A stretch of DNA of 32,000 nt from Candidatus Nitrospira inopinata (GTDB lineage Bacteria; Nitrospirota; Nitrospiria; Nitrospirales; Nitrospiraceae), in assembly GCF_001458695.1 (NCBI RefSeq), contig NZ_LN885086.1, positions 3,120,001 through 3,152,000 of the forward strand. Direction: 5' to 3'. Below are positions 1 through 10,311 of this stretch, in pieces; position 1 is the first letter of the stretch, and each line of letters opens with the position of its first letter. Both the position numbers and the translations under genes were made by a program. The notes beneath the pieces were generated by a model. That model had not been told where the DNA came from and did not search any database. It saw only the letters and a program-made list of their open reading frames with translations.

Positions 1-2271
1 CAGAAGCACGTTGTTGCCGCTGTTGCCGGTGAGGATATTGTCCAACCCATTGCCCGTGCCGTTGATGTTCGCCGTGCCCGTCAAGGTGAGATGCTCCACG
101 TTCGGCCCCAGGGTAAAACTCACGGAACTCACGACCAGATCCACGCCTCCCGCCGATCCCGCCACCGTTTCGATCACCCTGTCCCCCACGTGGTCCACAA
201 TGTAGGTATCGTCACCGGCTCCCCCCTCCATCCGGTCCGCTCCCGACCCGCCGTTGAGAGTGTTGTTTCCGCTGTTGCCGATCAACACGTTGTTCAACTC
301 GTTGCCCGTGCCGTTGAGATTCGCCGTACCTATCAAGGTGAGATGCTCCACGTTCGGCCCCAGGGTAAAGCTCACGGAACTCACGACCAGATCCACGCCT
401 CCCGCCGATCCCGCCACCGTTTCGATCACCTGGTCGCTCGCACTATCCACGATGTAGGTGTCGTTGCCCGCGCCGCCTTCCATCCGATCGGCTCCCAGCC
501 CGCCGTCGAGCCGGTCGTTCCCCCCGTTGCCGATGAGGGTATCGTTGCCCGCGCCGCCTTCGAGCACGTTGGCCGCGCCGTTGCCGATGACGACGTTGTT
601 CAGCTCGTTGCCTCGGCCGTTGATGGGCTTGGTGCCGGTGAGGGTCAAATTCTCGAAATTCGGCCCCAAGGCATGGGTGATCGAGGACTGCACCAAGTCG
701 ATCCCTTCGCCGGATTGTTCTATGAGCTCGTCGGTTCCCTCGCCGATCACGTAGGTGTCGTTGCCGGAGCCGCCGACCAATGTGTCATTGCCGGGGCCGC
801 CGATCAGCGTGTCATTCCCGGCGCCGCCGACCAACGTATCGTTCCCAGGCCCCCCGATCAACGTGTCATCGCCCGCGCCGCCATTGAGCGTGTCATTGCC
901 GGCCATGCCATAAAGGGTGTTGGGACCGCCGTTACCGGTGATGACGTTGTTGAGTTCGTTGCCCCTGCCGATCAAGGCGCCGCCCGTCAATTCAAGATTT
1001 TCGAGATTGGCGCCCAGCGTATAATCGATCGGCGAAAATACCTTGTCGATCCCCGCATTCCGCCCTTCTCGGACGATGTCGCCGGGACTGTCCACTCGGT
1101 AAGTATCGTCGCCCAGTCCGCCGATCATGGTGTCGTTCCCGGTGCCGCCGTTGAGCACGTCGTTGCCGGGCGAGCCGATGAGGGTATTGTCCAGACTGTT
1201 GCCGGTCACGTTGACCGAGCCGACGACTCTCGAAGCGTCGAGATGTTCAAAATTGGCCTGCACCAGTCCGTCCGCCGCCCCGCCGATCGACACGACTTGA
1301 TCGGAGAGCGACAGGTTCACCACCACTTCCCCATTGCCGGGGACGGTGCCGGCCAAGATCAACGTATCGAAGCCCGGGCCGGCGTTGATCGTGTCCGTAT
1401 CACCGGGCGTGATCAGCATGGTGATGCGATCGTTGCCGTCCCCGCCGACGATCGTATCCTGCCCAGGCCCGCCGTCCAGCACGTCGTCGCCGTCGCCGCC
1501 GTTCAACGTGTCGCCGTGTGGGCCGCCGATGATGATCGTATCGTTGCCCGGCCCTCCATGGAAACTCATGCCGGCGCCGCTGTTGTTCGTATAAATAATG
1601 GCGTCGTTGCCGGTCATCCGATTGCCGATGTAGGTGAAGAGATCGTGGACCGTCGTCAGGGTGTCGTTGGCCAACGCGGCTTCAACGTCATCCCACGGCA
1701 GAGAAAGACCCGTCATGGTGATGGCGCTGCCGCCGTTGACCACGGCAATGGCGGTCACGGTGCCGGTGATGTCGGCGGCGCTCATGTTCCCCGAGAGACG
1801 GAACCTCCCGTTGAAGGTCACCGTCGTGGACCCGATCCTCGCCGCGAGCGACGTCAGAGTGCCCGTGTAGTTGCCGCTCGCGGCAATGAGCTGGATGGTG
1901 CCGTTCATCGTTTCAGAGAAGCCGGGGGAGCCGAGGGTGACGGCCGTGAGGGTTTCGATCCCGCCGTTAAAGGTGCCGACCGCGCGGATCACTTCGCCGC
2001 TGCCGTCTGGCGGATTTCTAAAGTCGATCTCCCTGATCAGCGGGGTCCTGGTAGTGAGCCGCGAACCGACCAGTGTCAGCCGTCCTCCGGAAAACATATC
2101 GACGACCAGACGAGTCGAACCGGCGGAGGCCACCGCAAACTGCGCGGTGCGAAACTGTAGCATGATCTGAGAAAGTCTGGGGCCGGCATTGACGAAATTG
2201 GCCGCAAAATCCACCTGACCGAGCGAGACGCTCGACCAGGCGGTCGTCGTGGAACCGGTGATTGCAGCCAT
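1..2271 (-). CDS. Large RTX-type (hemolysin-type calcium-binding repeat) secreted protein, N-terminal 757 codons; the C-terminus lies beyond the window start
   Basis: Absent from the ORF track because it has no stop inside the window. Reverse-complement reading from ATG 2271-2269 (AGGAGG 6 nt upstream) gives [19 protein letters not shown]... The frame was checked at 1500 ([20 protein letters not shown]) and at the window edge (...GNSGNNVLL). It shows classic GGxGxD nonapeptides and repeated '[14 protein letters not shown]...GG.D.V.SS.S.TL..N.E.LTLTG' modules. A non-repeat N-terminal domain of about 190 aa precedes them. Confidence 0.85.
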   Translation of the reverse strand, partial: MAAITGSTTTAWSSVSLGQVDFAANFVNAGPRLSQIMLQFRTAQFAVASAGSTRLVVDMFSGGRLTLVGSRLTTRTPLIREIDFRNPPDGSGEVIRAVGTFNGGIETLTAVTLGSPGFSETMNGTIQLIAASGNYTGTLTSLAARIGSTTVTFNGRFRLSGNMSAADITGTVTAIAVVNGGSAITMTGLSLPWDDVEAALANDTLTTVHDLFTYIGNRMTGNDAIIYTNNSGAGMSFHGGPGNDTIIIGGPHGDTLNGGDGDDVLDGGPGQDTIVGGDGNDRITMLITPGDTDTINAGPGFDTLILAGTVPGNGEVVVNLSLSDQVVSIGGAADGLVQANFEHLDASRVVGSVNVTGNSLDNTLIGSPGNDVLNGGTGNDTMIGGLGDDTYRVDSPGDIVREGRNAGIDKVFSPIDYTLGANLENLELTGGALIGRGNELNNVITGNGGPNTLYGMAGNDTLNGGAGDDTLIGGPGNDTLVGGAGNDTLIGGPGNDTLVGGSGNDTYVIGEGTDELIEQSGEGIDLVQSSITHALGPNFENLTLTGTKPINGRGNELNNVVIGNGAANVLEGGAGNDTLIGNGGNDRLDGGLGADRMEGGAGNDTYIVDSASDQVIETVAGSAGGVDLVVSSVSFTLGPNVEHLTLIGTANLNGTGNELNNVLIGNSGNNTLNGGSGADRMEGGAGDDTYIVDHVGDRVIETVAGSAGGVDLVVSSVSFTLGPNVEHLTLTGTANINGTGNGLDNILTGNSGNNVLL
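8..511. repeat. Two tandem 252-bp (84-codon) near-identical repeat units inside the RTX gene; a third, diverged unit follows at about 512-770
   Basis: 86-180 and 338-432 are identical apart from one base (gtgagatgctccacgttcggccccagggtaaaRctcacggaactcacgaccagatccacgcctcccgccgatcccgccaccgtttcgatcacc). The flanks align with scattered substitutions at a constant 252-nt offset. Confidence 0.85.
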
Positions 2272-2749
2272 GTCCAACCTCCTCTGAGAACGTCACGTCG
2301 GACCGCCGTCGGTCAGGACACTGACGGTCACAAACGATCAAGAGCGGGCCTCAGTTGAAAAGAGCGACTCCGAGCGTCGATACGAGACAATGAACCATCC
2401 GGTTTAAAGCCATTCTCCTGCTCGGCAATCAAAATGGGGCAAGAAAGGTGCCGATTCGGAGGATGGTTCCTTTTTGCCGGACCCAGGATTTGCGCTGGTG
2501 AACCGAGCACAAATGTTGAACAATGCCGACAACCGGCATCAATGGACCATGGCCAGGCTCTTGGGAGGGACTTGAGTCTCTTGTTAGAGGGGAAAGCGGT
2601 GAATGGATTTTCCTACGACCTTGGCAAGAAATGGAGAGGCGCCCGTCACGCCAAAAAATCGACCAAGTGATGTAATTATTGGCGCCGTTGCGGCCGGCAG
2701 CCTGATTCCGTGGAGCCGCGCTCCCGCCTCAGTTCGCCGGAATCAGTGG

Positions 2750-3097
2750 TTACCGGTCGCAGCGCTCGAGTCGATGAATGAGCGCGCCGCGCAGTTCGCG
2801 ATTGAGCCGTTGCCGCGCGTCCGATGAGAGGTCAAGAAATTCCACGCCGAACCGACCGTCTTCCACCCATTTGACGATCCCGCTCTCAATAGGCAGCGCC
2901 CGCGCTCGATCCGGAAGGAGGACGCCCAAGCGGACCGGTTCGCCGACCGGCAACCGGCGATCACAGTGGATCGAACACCCACGAAACGAGAGATCAAGGA
3001 GATGGCCCTCTCCCACGCAAAACGACGCGCCGAAGATGACCGGATACCGGACCGCGTATCGCAGATAGAGCCGATGAGAGAACCGGAACGACATCAA
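2750..3097 (-). CDS. Single-domain PilZ (c-di-GMP binding) protein
   Basis: 115 aa. N-terminal RxxxR (RFSHR) is followed about 26 aa later by DxSxxG (DLSFRG), the two PilZ signature motifs. Small beta-barrel-sized protein. Confidence 0.75.
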   Translation of the reverse strand: MMSFRFSHRLYLRYAVRYPVIFGASFCVGEGHLLDLSFRGCSIHCDRRLPVGEPVRLGVLLPDRARALPIESGIVKWVEDGRFGVEFLDLSSDARQRLNRELRGALIHRLERCDR

Positions 3098-3319
3098 GAC
3101 CTCCCTGCCGCCGGTATTCTATCGAGCCCGACAAGGGAGAACCAGCCCTCCTTCGGAGGGATAGGCTTCAGATTGAGCGTACCGCCTGATATTCCCGTGC
3201 CTGATGGTCCCAACTCCCTCGTTGTGTTCGGCGGCATGGAAGGCAAGTCACGCGATGGGCTCGGAATCTTGAATGGAAGTGAGTCTGATCGTTGGGCGCC
3301 AGACGGTCGTTGATGGTGA

Positions 3320-3733
3320 TCAGAAAATTCCCGCTTGTTTTTGAAGCCAACGGACGTACTTCACGATCTGCTCGACGTCGGCCGTGGTCACGCTCTCGAC
3401 TTTCGGCATGTTGCCGAATTGCCAATGGTGCGCCCGCACCCCGTTGGCCGCAGCGTTATGGAAGGCGGCGTCGGCATGATGATTCGGCTCATAGATCTTG
3501 TGGACGAGCGGCGGACCATGGTCCGTCCCTACGCCTCCAAGACCGTGACAACGGGAACAGTTGGCGACGAACTTCTGTTCGCCTTCCCGCAACTCGACCG
3601 GCGCCGCCCCCGCCGTTGCTCCCACGACTCCCTTTGACGCCGTCTCGTCTTGACTACAGGCCGACGTCACGCCGATGGCCAGCAGAACCAACATCCACTT
3701 GATCACTCCGTGACATTTCACGACGTTGTCCAT
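3320..3733 (-). CDS. Exported mono-heme c-type cytochrome (possible lipoprotein)
   Basis: CSRCH heme-binding motif with a distal GNMP Met ligand region. Signal peptide MDNVVKCHGVIKWMLVLLAIGVTSAC. Start moved to ATG 3733 because the track ORF (to 3886) overlaps queC. Confidence 0.75.
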   Translation of the reverse strand: MDNVVKCHGVIKWMLVLLAIGVTSACSQDETASKGVVGATAGAAPVELREGEQKFVANCSRCHGLGGVGTDHGPPLVHKIYEPNHHADAAFHNAAANGVRAHHWQFGNMPKVESVTTADVEQIVKYVRWLQKQAGIF

Positions 3734-3771
3734 CCGTCTGATAAGCGATTGAGTGATGATGTGCGTGGGGC

Positions 3772-4470
3772 TCAGGGTACCATATACGGAATCGGATCCG
3801 CGACCCCCGCCTCGGCAAACCCCTTCCGGCGGATCAGGCAACTGTCGCACTGACCGCAGGCCACCGCGCCGGCAGGGTCGTAACAACTGTGCGTCAGATG
3901 AAACGGCACGTTCAGAGATAAACCCAGCGTGACGATCTGGGCCTTGGTCAAGGTAAGCAGTGGCGCGCGGACTTCAAACGACCGTCCTTCCGTTCCCGCT
4001 TTCGTTCCCGCCCGAACCGCCGACTCGAAGGCCTTGATGAATTCAGGCCGGCAGTCCGGATAGCCGGAATAGTCGAGCACGTTGGCGCCGAAATACACGA
4101 CCGGCGCGTCGATCGTTTCGGCGTAGGCGGCGGCGAGGGAGAGAAAAATCAAGTTTCTGGCCGGCACATAGGTGACGGGCACCTCGCGGCTCCGCTCGGC
4201 CTCCGGCCGATTTTTGGGAACAGGAACGTCGCCCGTAAGGGCCGACCCACCGATCGCCCGCAAGTCCAGATTGATGACGAGATGTCTGCGGGCCTTCAAC
4301 GCCGTTGCGATTCGACCGGCCCGCTCGACCTCGATCGCGTGGCGCTGTCCATAGGCGATTGTCAGCAAATCAAGGTCGTAGCCGTCTCGGCCGGCCACAG
4401 CCGCGGCGACGGTGGAATCCAAGCCGCCGCTCGCCAGAACAACCGCCCGTTGCGCCGTAGAGTCGCTCAT
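3772..4470 (-). CDS. queC: 7-cyano-7-deazaguanine synthase QueC
   Basis: 232 aa. N-terminal VVLASGGLDS PP-loop and C-terminal Zn cluster C..CGQCDSC. Collinear with the QueC family. Confidence 0.95.
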   Translation of the reverse strand: MSDSTAQRAVVLASGGLDSTVAAAVAGRDGYDLDLLTIAYGQRHAIEVERAGRIATALKARRHLVINLDLRAIGGSALTGDVPVPKNRPEAERSREVPVTYVPARNLIFLSLAAAYAETIDAPVVYFGANVLDYSGYPDCRPEFIKAFESAVRAGTKAGTEGRSFEVRAPLLTLTKAQIVTLGLSLNVPFHLTHSCYDPAGAVACGQCDSCLIRRKGFAEAGVADPIPYMVP

Positions 4471-4600
4471 CGCGATGGCCCGGTCTGATCCGTCTCGTCA
4501 AAATGTGGGAAGGAATCTCATCGCAAGCGGCAACATGACGGCATCGGTCACGGAAGGAGAGAACAAGCGGGAAACGGTCTTTGTGCGGAAAACGCCGCGG

Positions 4601-5161
4601 CTATTCGCGATCCTCCTCGCGCTCGATTTTTTCGAGCAGCTCTTGGCGCGATTGACATTCCACGCAGAGTTTGGCGAACGGCACGGCCTGGAGCCGCCTC
4701 TCGCTGATTTCGACGCCGCACTCGGCGCAGATACCATAGGTGCCTTCGTGCAGGCGCGTGAGCGCTTCGTCGATGGATTGCCGGCGGCGATTGCGCATTT
4801 CCATCAGTGAAATGCCGAGTTCCCGCTCCAAATCCATCAAGGCTTGATCTCCGACGTCGCGAGCGGACTCCAGACGCCGCTGTTGGTCCTCCGTCAACGA
4901 CTGCCCCAAATTCTCGGTGATTTCCCTCACGATCTCTTGCCGCTTCCCCAACAGCATTTTGTGCAGCACTTCATGCCGCCGTTCACGCGCTTCCCGTTCC
5001 TTGGCCGTTTCCTTGGGGCGAATCGGTCCGGACGCCTCGGCTTGAGCCGGCTCCGGTCTGACCGCCTCGGCGGCCGCTACCGACTTGGGCTTTTCCGCGG
5101 CAGCCACTGAAGATCTGGATTTTTCCACCGGCTTTTTCTTGGATTGCGCTTTGGTCGCCAT
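4601..5161 (-). CDS. DksA/TraR-family C4 zinc-finger transcription factor with a Lys/Ala/Glu-rich N-terminal extension
   Basis: C-terminal CAECGVEI...LCVECQ four-Cys finger preceded by a coiled-coil region. About 60 aa of low-complexity N-terminus. Confidence 0.85.
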   Translation of the reverse strand: MATKAQSKKKPVEKSRSSVAAAEKPKSVAAAEAVRPEPAQAEASGPIRPKETAKEREARERRHEVLHKMLLGKRQEIVREITENLGQSLTEDQQRRLESARDVGDQALMDLERELGISLMEMRNRRRQSIDEALTRLHEGTYGICAECGVEISERRLQAVPFAKLCVECQSRQELLEKIEREEDRE

Positions 5162-5262
5162 GCAAACCCCGTTCTTTCCACGACTTCAGGAGACCTTGAG
5201 CTCGGCATCTATATCACGGCATATGCCCTTTGACAAGTAGCGGTGGAATTGACCGAGAGATC

Positions 5263-5787
5263 CTAGGGATAGACGATCGTCGCATGCACGTCGTATCCGG
5301 CAAGTCGTTCGCGCCCGTTCAAGCTTTTCAACTCCACGAGAAAATCCAGCCCGACGATCTCCCCGCCAAGTTGCCGAATCAAATGAACCGTGGCTTCCGC
5401 CGTTCCACCAGTCGCCAAGAGGTCATCGATGATCAACACTCGTTCTCCTATTCCGATTGCGTCTCGGTGAACGGCCAATGAATTGGTCCCGTACTCAAGG
5501 CTGTATTTGACTTCGTAACAGTCCGCCGGCAATTTCCCCGGTTTTCTGACGGGAACGAATCCCGCTCCGAGGCGGGACGACAAGATCCCCCCGAAAATGA
5601 ATCCGCGAGACTCGATCCCCACCACCTTGGCCACGCGCGCGTGCCGATATCGCTCCGTCAATTCGTCGGCCAGGTTCTGAACGGCATCGGCGTTCTTGAG
5701 CAACGTGGTGATGTCGTAAAAGAGGATGCCGGGCTTGGGGAAGTCCGGCACTTCGCGAATGAGCGATCGATAGTCGAGAGCCGCCAC
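5263..5787 (-). CDS. apt: Adenine phosphoribosyltransferase
   Basis: LIREVPDFPKPGILFYDITTLL plus the PRPP motif VLIIDDLLATGGT. The track ORF extends to 5838 and overlaps the sigma gene. GTG at 5787 (VAALDYRSLIREV...) gives the canonical length of about 174 aa. Confidence 0.92.
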   Translation of the reverse strand: MAALDYRSLIREVPDFPKPGILFYDITTLLKNADAVQNLADELTERYRHARVAKVVGIESRGFIFGGILSSRLGAGFVPVRKPGKLPADCYEVKYSLEYGTNSLAVHRDAIGIGERVLIIDDLLATGGTAEATVHLIRQLGGEIVGLDFLVELKSLNGRERLAGYDVHATIVYP

Positions 5788-5791
5788 GAGA

Positions 5792-6736
5792 TTACAGCAA
5801 ATCCGACTGGGCCATGGTTTTTCGCTCGATGGTCGCACGAAGCCGCGTCAACGCCGCCATCTCAATCTGCCGTACCCGTTCCCGCGTCAATCCCATTTCC
5901 CGGCCGATCTCTTCCAACGTTTTGCCTTCGTTTCCGTCGAGCCCGAACCGCGACACGATAACAGTTTGCTCTTTCTCTGGCAACTCCCTGACCCACTCCA
6001 TCAACTCCAGCCGACGGCGCACGCCGTCGGCGGTTTCATCGGGAGAGAGACCGGACGGATCTTCGATCACGTCACGGAGAAAGGTATCGGCCCGATCGTT
6101 GAGCGGACTGTCTAATGAACAGGTGGTACGGATCAACTGTTTGAGGTCCGATACCTCTTCTTCCGAGGTTTTCATTTTCACGGCGACTTCGCCCAACGTC
6201 GGCTCGCGTCCCAATTCCTGAACCAGTTGCTCGGTTTTTCCAAGATAGCGGTTCAATCGTTCCACCACGTGAACGGGAAGACGCACCAGCTTGCCTTGGT
6301 TGATAATGGCCCGCTCGATGTATTGCCGAATCCACCATGACGCGTAGGTGCTGAACCGGAATCCCCGCTTGTAATTGAATTTTTCAACGGCCTTGATCAA
6401 TCCCAGGTTTCCTTCCTCCACGATGTCGGAAAACGGAAACCCCCGATGCATGTACCGCTTGCCGATGCTAATGACGAGGCGCAAGTTGGACTCGATCATC
6501 TGTTGACGGGCCTGCTCGTCGCCGGCCATGACCCGCTTGCCGAGTTGCTGTTCCTGTTGGAACGTCAGCAAAGTGGACCGGCGAACCTCCCGCAAATAGC
6601 TCTTGAGCGTATCAAGCCCTTCTGATCGGTCAAGATCCTCCGCCGCCGAATCCAGACCATGTTCGTGACCGTCCTCATCGTCGACGGTCCGCCGTCGAGA
6701 CTGGCTTTGGACCAGCCGAACTCCCTGCCGCCTCAT
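5792..6736 (-). CDS. Sigma-70 family RNA polymerase sigma factor, RpoS/RpoD-like (group 1/2)
   Basis: Regions 1.2-4 are recognisable: YLREV..., [66 protein letters not shown], and the C-terminal [26 protein letters not shown] 6736 is preferred over TTG 6742. Confidence 0.93.
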   Translation of the reverse strand: MRRQGVRLVQSQSRRRTVDDEDGHEHGLDSAAEDLDRSEGLDTLKSYLREVRRSTLLTFQQEQQLGKRVMAGDEQARQQMIESNLRLVISIGKRYMHRGFPFSDIVEEGNLGLIKAVEKFNYKRGFRFSTYASWWIRQYIERAIINQGKLVRLPVHVVERLNRYLGKTEQLVQELGREPTLGEVAVKMKTSEEEVSDLKQLIRTTCSLDSPLNDRADTFLRDVIEDPSGLSPDETADGVRRRLELMEWVRELPEKEQTVIVSRFGLDGNEGKTLEEIGREMGLTRERVRQIEMAALTRLRATIERKTMAQSDLL

Positions 6737-6763
6737 ACCCAAGATGCTCCAATTCTCATCTTG

Positions 6764-7060
6764 CTAGTACCAGATCTTGAAACTTGAAAACCGTCCCGTT
6801 GCTTCTCTCCACCGGGTCTCGACGTGTGTCACTCGCGCCGCCGGAGGCCCGTCCCGGAGATCGCGTAACAGCGCGTCAATGGCCAACGGCTGCCCCTCGA
6901 CCTCCAACTCGACACGGCCGTCGTCGAGGTTCCGGACTCCGCCGACCAAACCATGGTTCAACGCCGCGCGGGCCGCAAAGGCTCGATAGCCCACACCTTG
7001 CACCCGTCCGCTCACCAAGATATGCGCGTGAACGGCCGTTTTAGACACCGACTTAACCAT
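6764..7060 (-). CDS. acyP: Acylphosphatase
   Basis: 98 aa with VSGRVQGVGYR and GGVRN motifs. Confidence 0.9.
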   Translation of the reverse strand: MVKSVSKTAVHAHILVSGRVQGVGYRAFAARAALNHGLVGGVRNLDDGRVELEVEGQPLAIDALLRDLRDGPPAARVTHVETRWREATGRFSSFKIWY

Positions 7061-7286
7061 CTGTTTCCGTGCATGCCGTCCGGCTTGAGCGAACGCCAGG
7101 CCGACACCCGACGGATCTTCTCATACCGACTTGCACACGTCACGTGTTTTGCATTTCCATACCGCCGACCGCCATCTTACTTATGAGGCCGGCGCACGAG
7201 CTGGTTTGAATCGGAAAGTGAAGAAAGAACCTTCTGCGTTTAACCGCCAGCCTTGTTCATGCGGCCGGCGGCACGAGCAAGCTTGG

Positions 7287-7365
<79 letters not shown>

Positions 7366-7402
7366 ACAAGAACGTGAGAAACAAGAAGGGAACGCGATTG
7401 TC

Positions 7403-8506
7403 TTACAAGAGAGGGGTAAAAGGCAACCCATGGGCCTCGGCCACCCCTCGGCAGGTCACCAGGCCCTCTTTCAAATTGACACCCTTCGCCAATCCCGGAT
7501 CGTCGCGAATCGCCCGTTCCACGCCGTCCGACGCCAAGCGCAATAGATACGGCAACGTCGCGTTCGTCAACGCCAATGTCGAGGTGCGCGGCACGATGCC
7601 GGGCATGTTGGCCACGCAATAATGGAGCACGCCGTCAACGATATACACCGGATCGGAGTGAGTCGTGGGCCTGGTCGTCTCGAAACAACCGCCTTGATCC
7701 ACGGAGACGTCCACCACCACGGCGCCTCGCTTCATTCGCGAGACTATGGCACGAGACACCACCTTCGGCGCCTTGGCGCCCGGAACCAGCACCGCCCCGA
7801 TGACGAGATCCGCCTCGCACACCGCTTGCTCAATCGCAGTAACACCGGCCGCGCGGGTTTCGATCCGGCCTTGATACAGATCGTCCAAATACCGCAGCCG
7901 ATCGACATCAAGATTGATGGCGGTCACTCGCGCGCCCATTCCGACGGCGATGCGAATTGCCGAACTCCCCACCACCCCCGCGCCGAGCACCACGACACGG
8001 CCGGGCTCCACGCCGGGCACACCGGCCAACAACACGCCGAGGCCGCCGCGGGTTTTTTCGAGATAGTGCGCGCCGACCTGCACCGCCATGCGACCGGCAA
8101 TTTCGCTCATCGGCCTCAACATCGGCAAACTACCGTCCTTCGCCTCGGTCGTTTCATAGGCGACGGCCGTTATTTTCCTGTCCAACAGAGACCTCGTCAG
8201 CTCCGGCAAAGACGCCAAATGAAGATAGGTGAAGAGGACTTGGCCGGGGCGAAACAGGCGGACTTCTTCCGGCAACGGTTCCTTGACCTTCACGATCAAC
8301 TCGGCTCTCTCGAACATCTCTTCCTTTGAGACGGCCACCGTGGCCCCGGCTTTGCTGTACTCGTCGTCGCCAAACCCGCTCCCCTGCCCGGCACCGGCTT
8401 CAATCCACACCTCGTGACCGGCCCGACGCAGCGTTGCCGCTCCGTCGGGAGTGACGCTGACACGATACTCATGATCTTTAATTTCCTTTGGCACTCCGAT
8501 GATCAT
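7403..8506 (-). CDS. ald: Alanine dehydrogenase
   Basis: [20 protein letters not shown]... and the Rossmann motif [10 protein letters not shown]. The start is taken at MIIGVPKE (8506) rather than the track start 8548. Confidence 0.95.
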   Translation of the reverse strand: MIIGVPKEIKDHEYRVSVTPDGAATLRRAGHEVWIEAGAGQGSGFGDDEYSKAGATVAVSKEEMFERAELIVKVKEPLPEEVRLFRPGQVLFTYLHLASLPELTRSLLDRKITAVAYETTEAKDGSLPMLRPMSEIAGRMAVQVGAHYLEKTRGGLGVLLAGVPGVEPGRVVVLGAGVVGSSAIRIAVGMGARVTAINLDVDRLRYLDDLYQGRIETRAAGVTAIEQAVCEADLVIGAVLVPGAKAPKVVSRAIVSRMKRGAVVVDVSVDQGGCFETTRPTTHSDPVYIVDGVLHYCVANMPGIVPRTSTLALTNATLPYLLRLASDGVERAIRDDPGLAKGVNLKEGLVTCRGVAEAHGLPFTPLL

Positions 8507-8513
8507 GCAACAC

Positions 8514-9413
8514 CTATGGAGCCGGTCCAAGCGGCCGGCCCGTCGCAATTTCGTAGGCTTCGGCCAACGTCGAGACCTCGGTGACTTTGATGGATCGCGC
8601 CATCCCCTTATCCATGAGGGCGAAGGTCTTCTGCCCCCACGGTATCATCAATTCGTGAAATTGCCGGAGCAGGCGGCACCCTTCGATTTTATGGTCCAGC
8701 CCCTCCACCGGACCGATGGCAAGATCCGAGTCGATGGTTCCGGAAAAACACAGATCCTGCCGAAGCTCGTCCCCCAAGATGGCCGACGCCACGGCGACCG
8801 CCCAAAAGCCCCCCGCGCTCGGCCCGTCCACGCGCACGCCGGCGTGAAGCGATCCCGCCGCCATGGGTATCGTCACATGGACCTTGAGGAATCGAGGATC
8901 GTATCGGACGGCCTTGGCCGCAGCCAACACCGCCGTGCTCAACGTCAGCCTTGCTTCACTCATAAAATGGTAATCGGCCGAGACGGCCGGGCCGTTTCCC
9001 TCGGCGAGGTGACTCACGTCCACCTGCAGCAGTTGAATATCACCTTTGTTCGGGAGATTCCACCCCTTCGCCCGCCATTCAATCGGAAGATCGCGCACGC
9101 TCAGCGCCGGGACGACGCGCGATGCAGCCGGGAACGGTCGCGACGACACGCTCCTCCTCTCCGTCGGATGCGGGGTCTGCACACCTCCCATCGATATCGG
9201 GTCCGACTGTCGCCCCTCCGCCGAATTTTCTTTCCTGGGAAATCGAGTTGATTGGAGTTCGGTCAAACCGTCAACTTTTCCACAATTCGGCCCGCCTCCG
9301 TCTTGAAAGACCGTCGTCCCGTCCGGTTGCGTACAGCGCCACAGAGCGGCGTGACCATTCTGCCCCGCAAAGAGCAATGCCAACGAGACGGCGGCTGGGA
9401 CAAACGCTCTCAT
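8514..9413 (-). CDS. Exported protein with an N-terminal DUF4124-like hairpin and a C-terminal Lon-protease (S16) proteolytic domain
   Basis: Signal peptide MRAFVPAAVSLALLFAGQNGHA, then LWRCTQPDGTTVFQD. The C-terminal half aligns to Lon_C: VDGPSAG (catalytic Ser) and DHK with the Lys exactly 43 residues later, the same spacing as E. coli Lon S679/K722. No AAA+ module is present. Confidence 0.75.
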   Translation of the reverse strand: MRAFVPAAVSLALLFAGQNGHAALWRCTQPDGTTVFQDGGGPNCGKVDGLTELQSTRFPRKENSAEGRQSDPISMGGVQTPHPTERRSVSSRPFPAASRVVPALSVRDLPIEWRAKGWNLPNKGDIQLLQVDVSHLAEGNGPAVSADYHFMSEARLTLSTAVLAAAKAVRYDPRFLKVHVTIPMAAGSLHAGVRVDGPSAGGFWAVAVASAILGDELRQDLCFSGTIDSDLAIGPVEGLDHKIEGCRLLRQFHELMIPWGQKTFALMDKGMARSIKVTEVSTLAEAYEIATGRPLGPAP

Positions 9414-9557
9414 CGGCACCTTTCATACAGCCGTTCTACGCACCGTTCAGGGAAAATATAGCAGAGGAATCCGGGCAACTGGACAGCGTGAAAATCACTG
9501 GTGTAAGATGCTCCAGCTTGTGTCGATCCCGCGCGATACAAGAGGAGAAGCACCGGC

Positions 9558-9935
9558 ATGAACACCGAGCTCTGTCAGGCCTGCGGCGCGTCCGGCAGTC
9601 CGCTGATGAAGTTTTCGTTGGGAAAGGATTTCTTCGGCCGTCCCTATGACCGCCTTTCTCCTTCTTCCGATCAACACCCCAAATGGTACTGTGCCTCGTG
9701 TTCGATGCACAAAAACCTCCAGCGTGACTTTCGGGACATTCGAGCCGAGCATGACAAGCTCGTCAACGGGCAAGGATCGGAACTGACCAAGGCCGACGAG
9801 TTCCTCCGCGCATCCGTTCGATTGAGAGAAATTTTCACGATTCTGGACGCCGCGAGCGATCCCTCGCCGCTCCTTGCGAAGCAGGATGTGCTCTTGCTCA
9901 TGAAACGTCTGAACACGGTGACCATGCCGGTCTGA
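9558..9935 (+). CDS. Hypothetical zinc-ribbon protein
   Basis: 125 aa. A CQAC...CASC pair of CxxC motifs in the N-terminal 50 aa, followed by a helical C-terminal half. No family recognised. Confidence 0.5.
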   Translation: MNTELCQACGASGSPLMKFSLGKDFFGRPYDRLSPSSDQHPKWYCASCSMHKNLQRDFRDIRAEHDKLVNGQGSELTKADEFLRASVRLREIFTILDAASDPSPLLAKQDVLLLMKRLNTVTMPV

Positions 9936-9946
9936 CGATCGACGCC

Positions 9947-10300
9947 ATGCCGCCCTTTCAACGTCACATTTTCGTCTGCACCAACCAACGGGCCAAAGAC
10001 GACCCGCGCGGTTGCTGCGCCAACCTGGGGTCGGAAAGGCTTCACGCTCACTTCAAAAACGAAACCAAACGCTTAAACCTCAAGGGCTTGGTGCGCGCCA
10101 ACAAAGCCGGCTGCCTCGACCACTGCGACATGGGCCCCAGCATCGTCATCTATCCGGAAGGAGTCTGGTATTGGGTCGGAACTGAAGCCGACGTCACCGA
10201 GATCATGGAACGGCACGTCGTCAGGGGCGAGATCGTGACGAGGCTGCTCATGCCGGATCATCCGGCGCCGGATTCTCTCGCCCCTCTTAAAATCCCCTGA
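9947..10300 (+). CDS. Thioredoxin-like [2Fe-2S] ferredoxin
   Basis: HIFVCTNQR...GCC...AGCLDHCDMGPSIVIYPEGVWY is the characteristic Cys pattern and motif of the TRX-like 2Fe-2S ferredoxin family. Confidence 0.8.
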   Translation: MPPFQRHIFVCTNQRAKDDPRGCCANLGSERLHAHFKNETKRLNLKGLVRANKAGCLDHCDMGPSIVIYPEGVWYWVGTEADVTEIMERHVVRGEIVTRLLMPDHPAPDSLAPLKIP

Positions 10301-10311
10301 TCTCCATTCCC

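Noticed and set aside
91-2160. 689-aa + strand ORF, the longest ORF in the track for this region
   Set aside because: Its product is a low-complexity Arg/Val/Ala/Asp/Gly-rich sequence with no motifs. The opposite strand encodes uninterrupted canonical RTX repeats with a good RBS, so this is an antisense shadow ORF.
2672-2700. TGGCGCCGTTGC looked like a sigma-54 -24/-12 element
   Set aside because: The GG-to-GC spacing is about 9 nt instead of the required 12, so it is not a valid RpoN promoter.
5230-5481. The only listed ORF ending in ...GQ (SVNGQ), checked as a Pup candidate
   Set aside because: It is antisense to the well-supported apt gene, far from the operon, and has no acidic helical Pup-like sequence.
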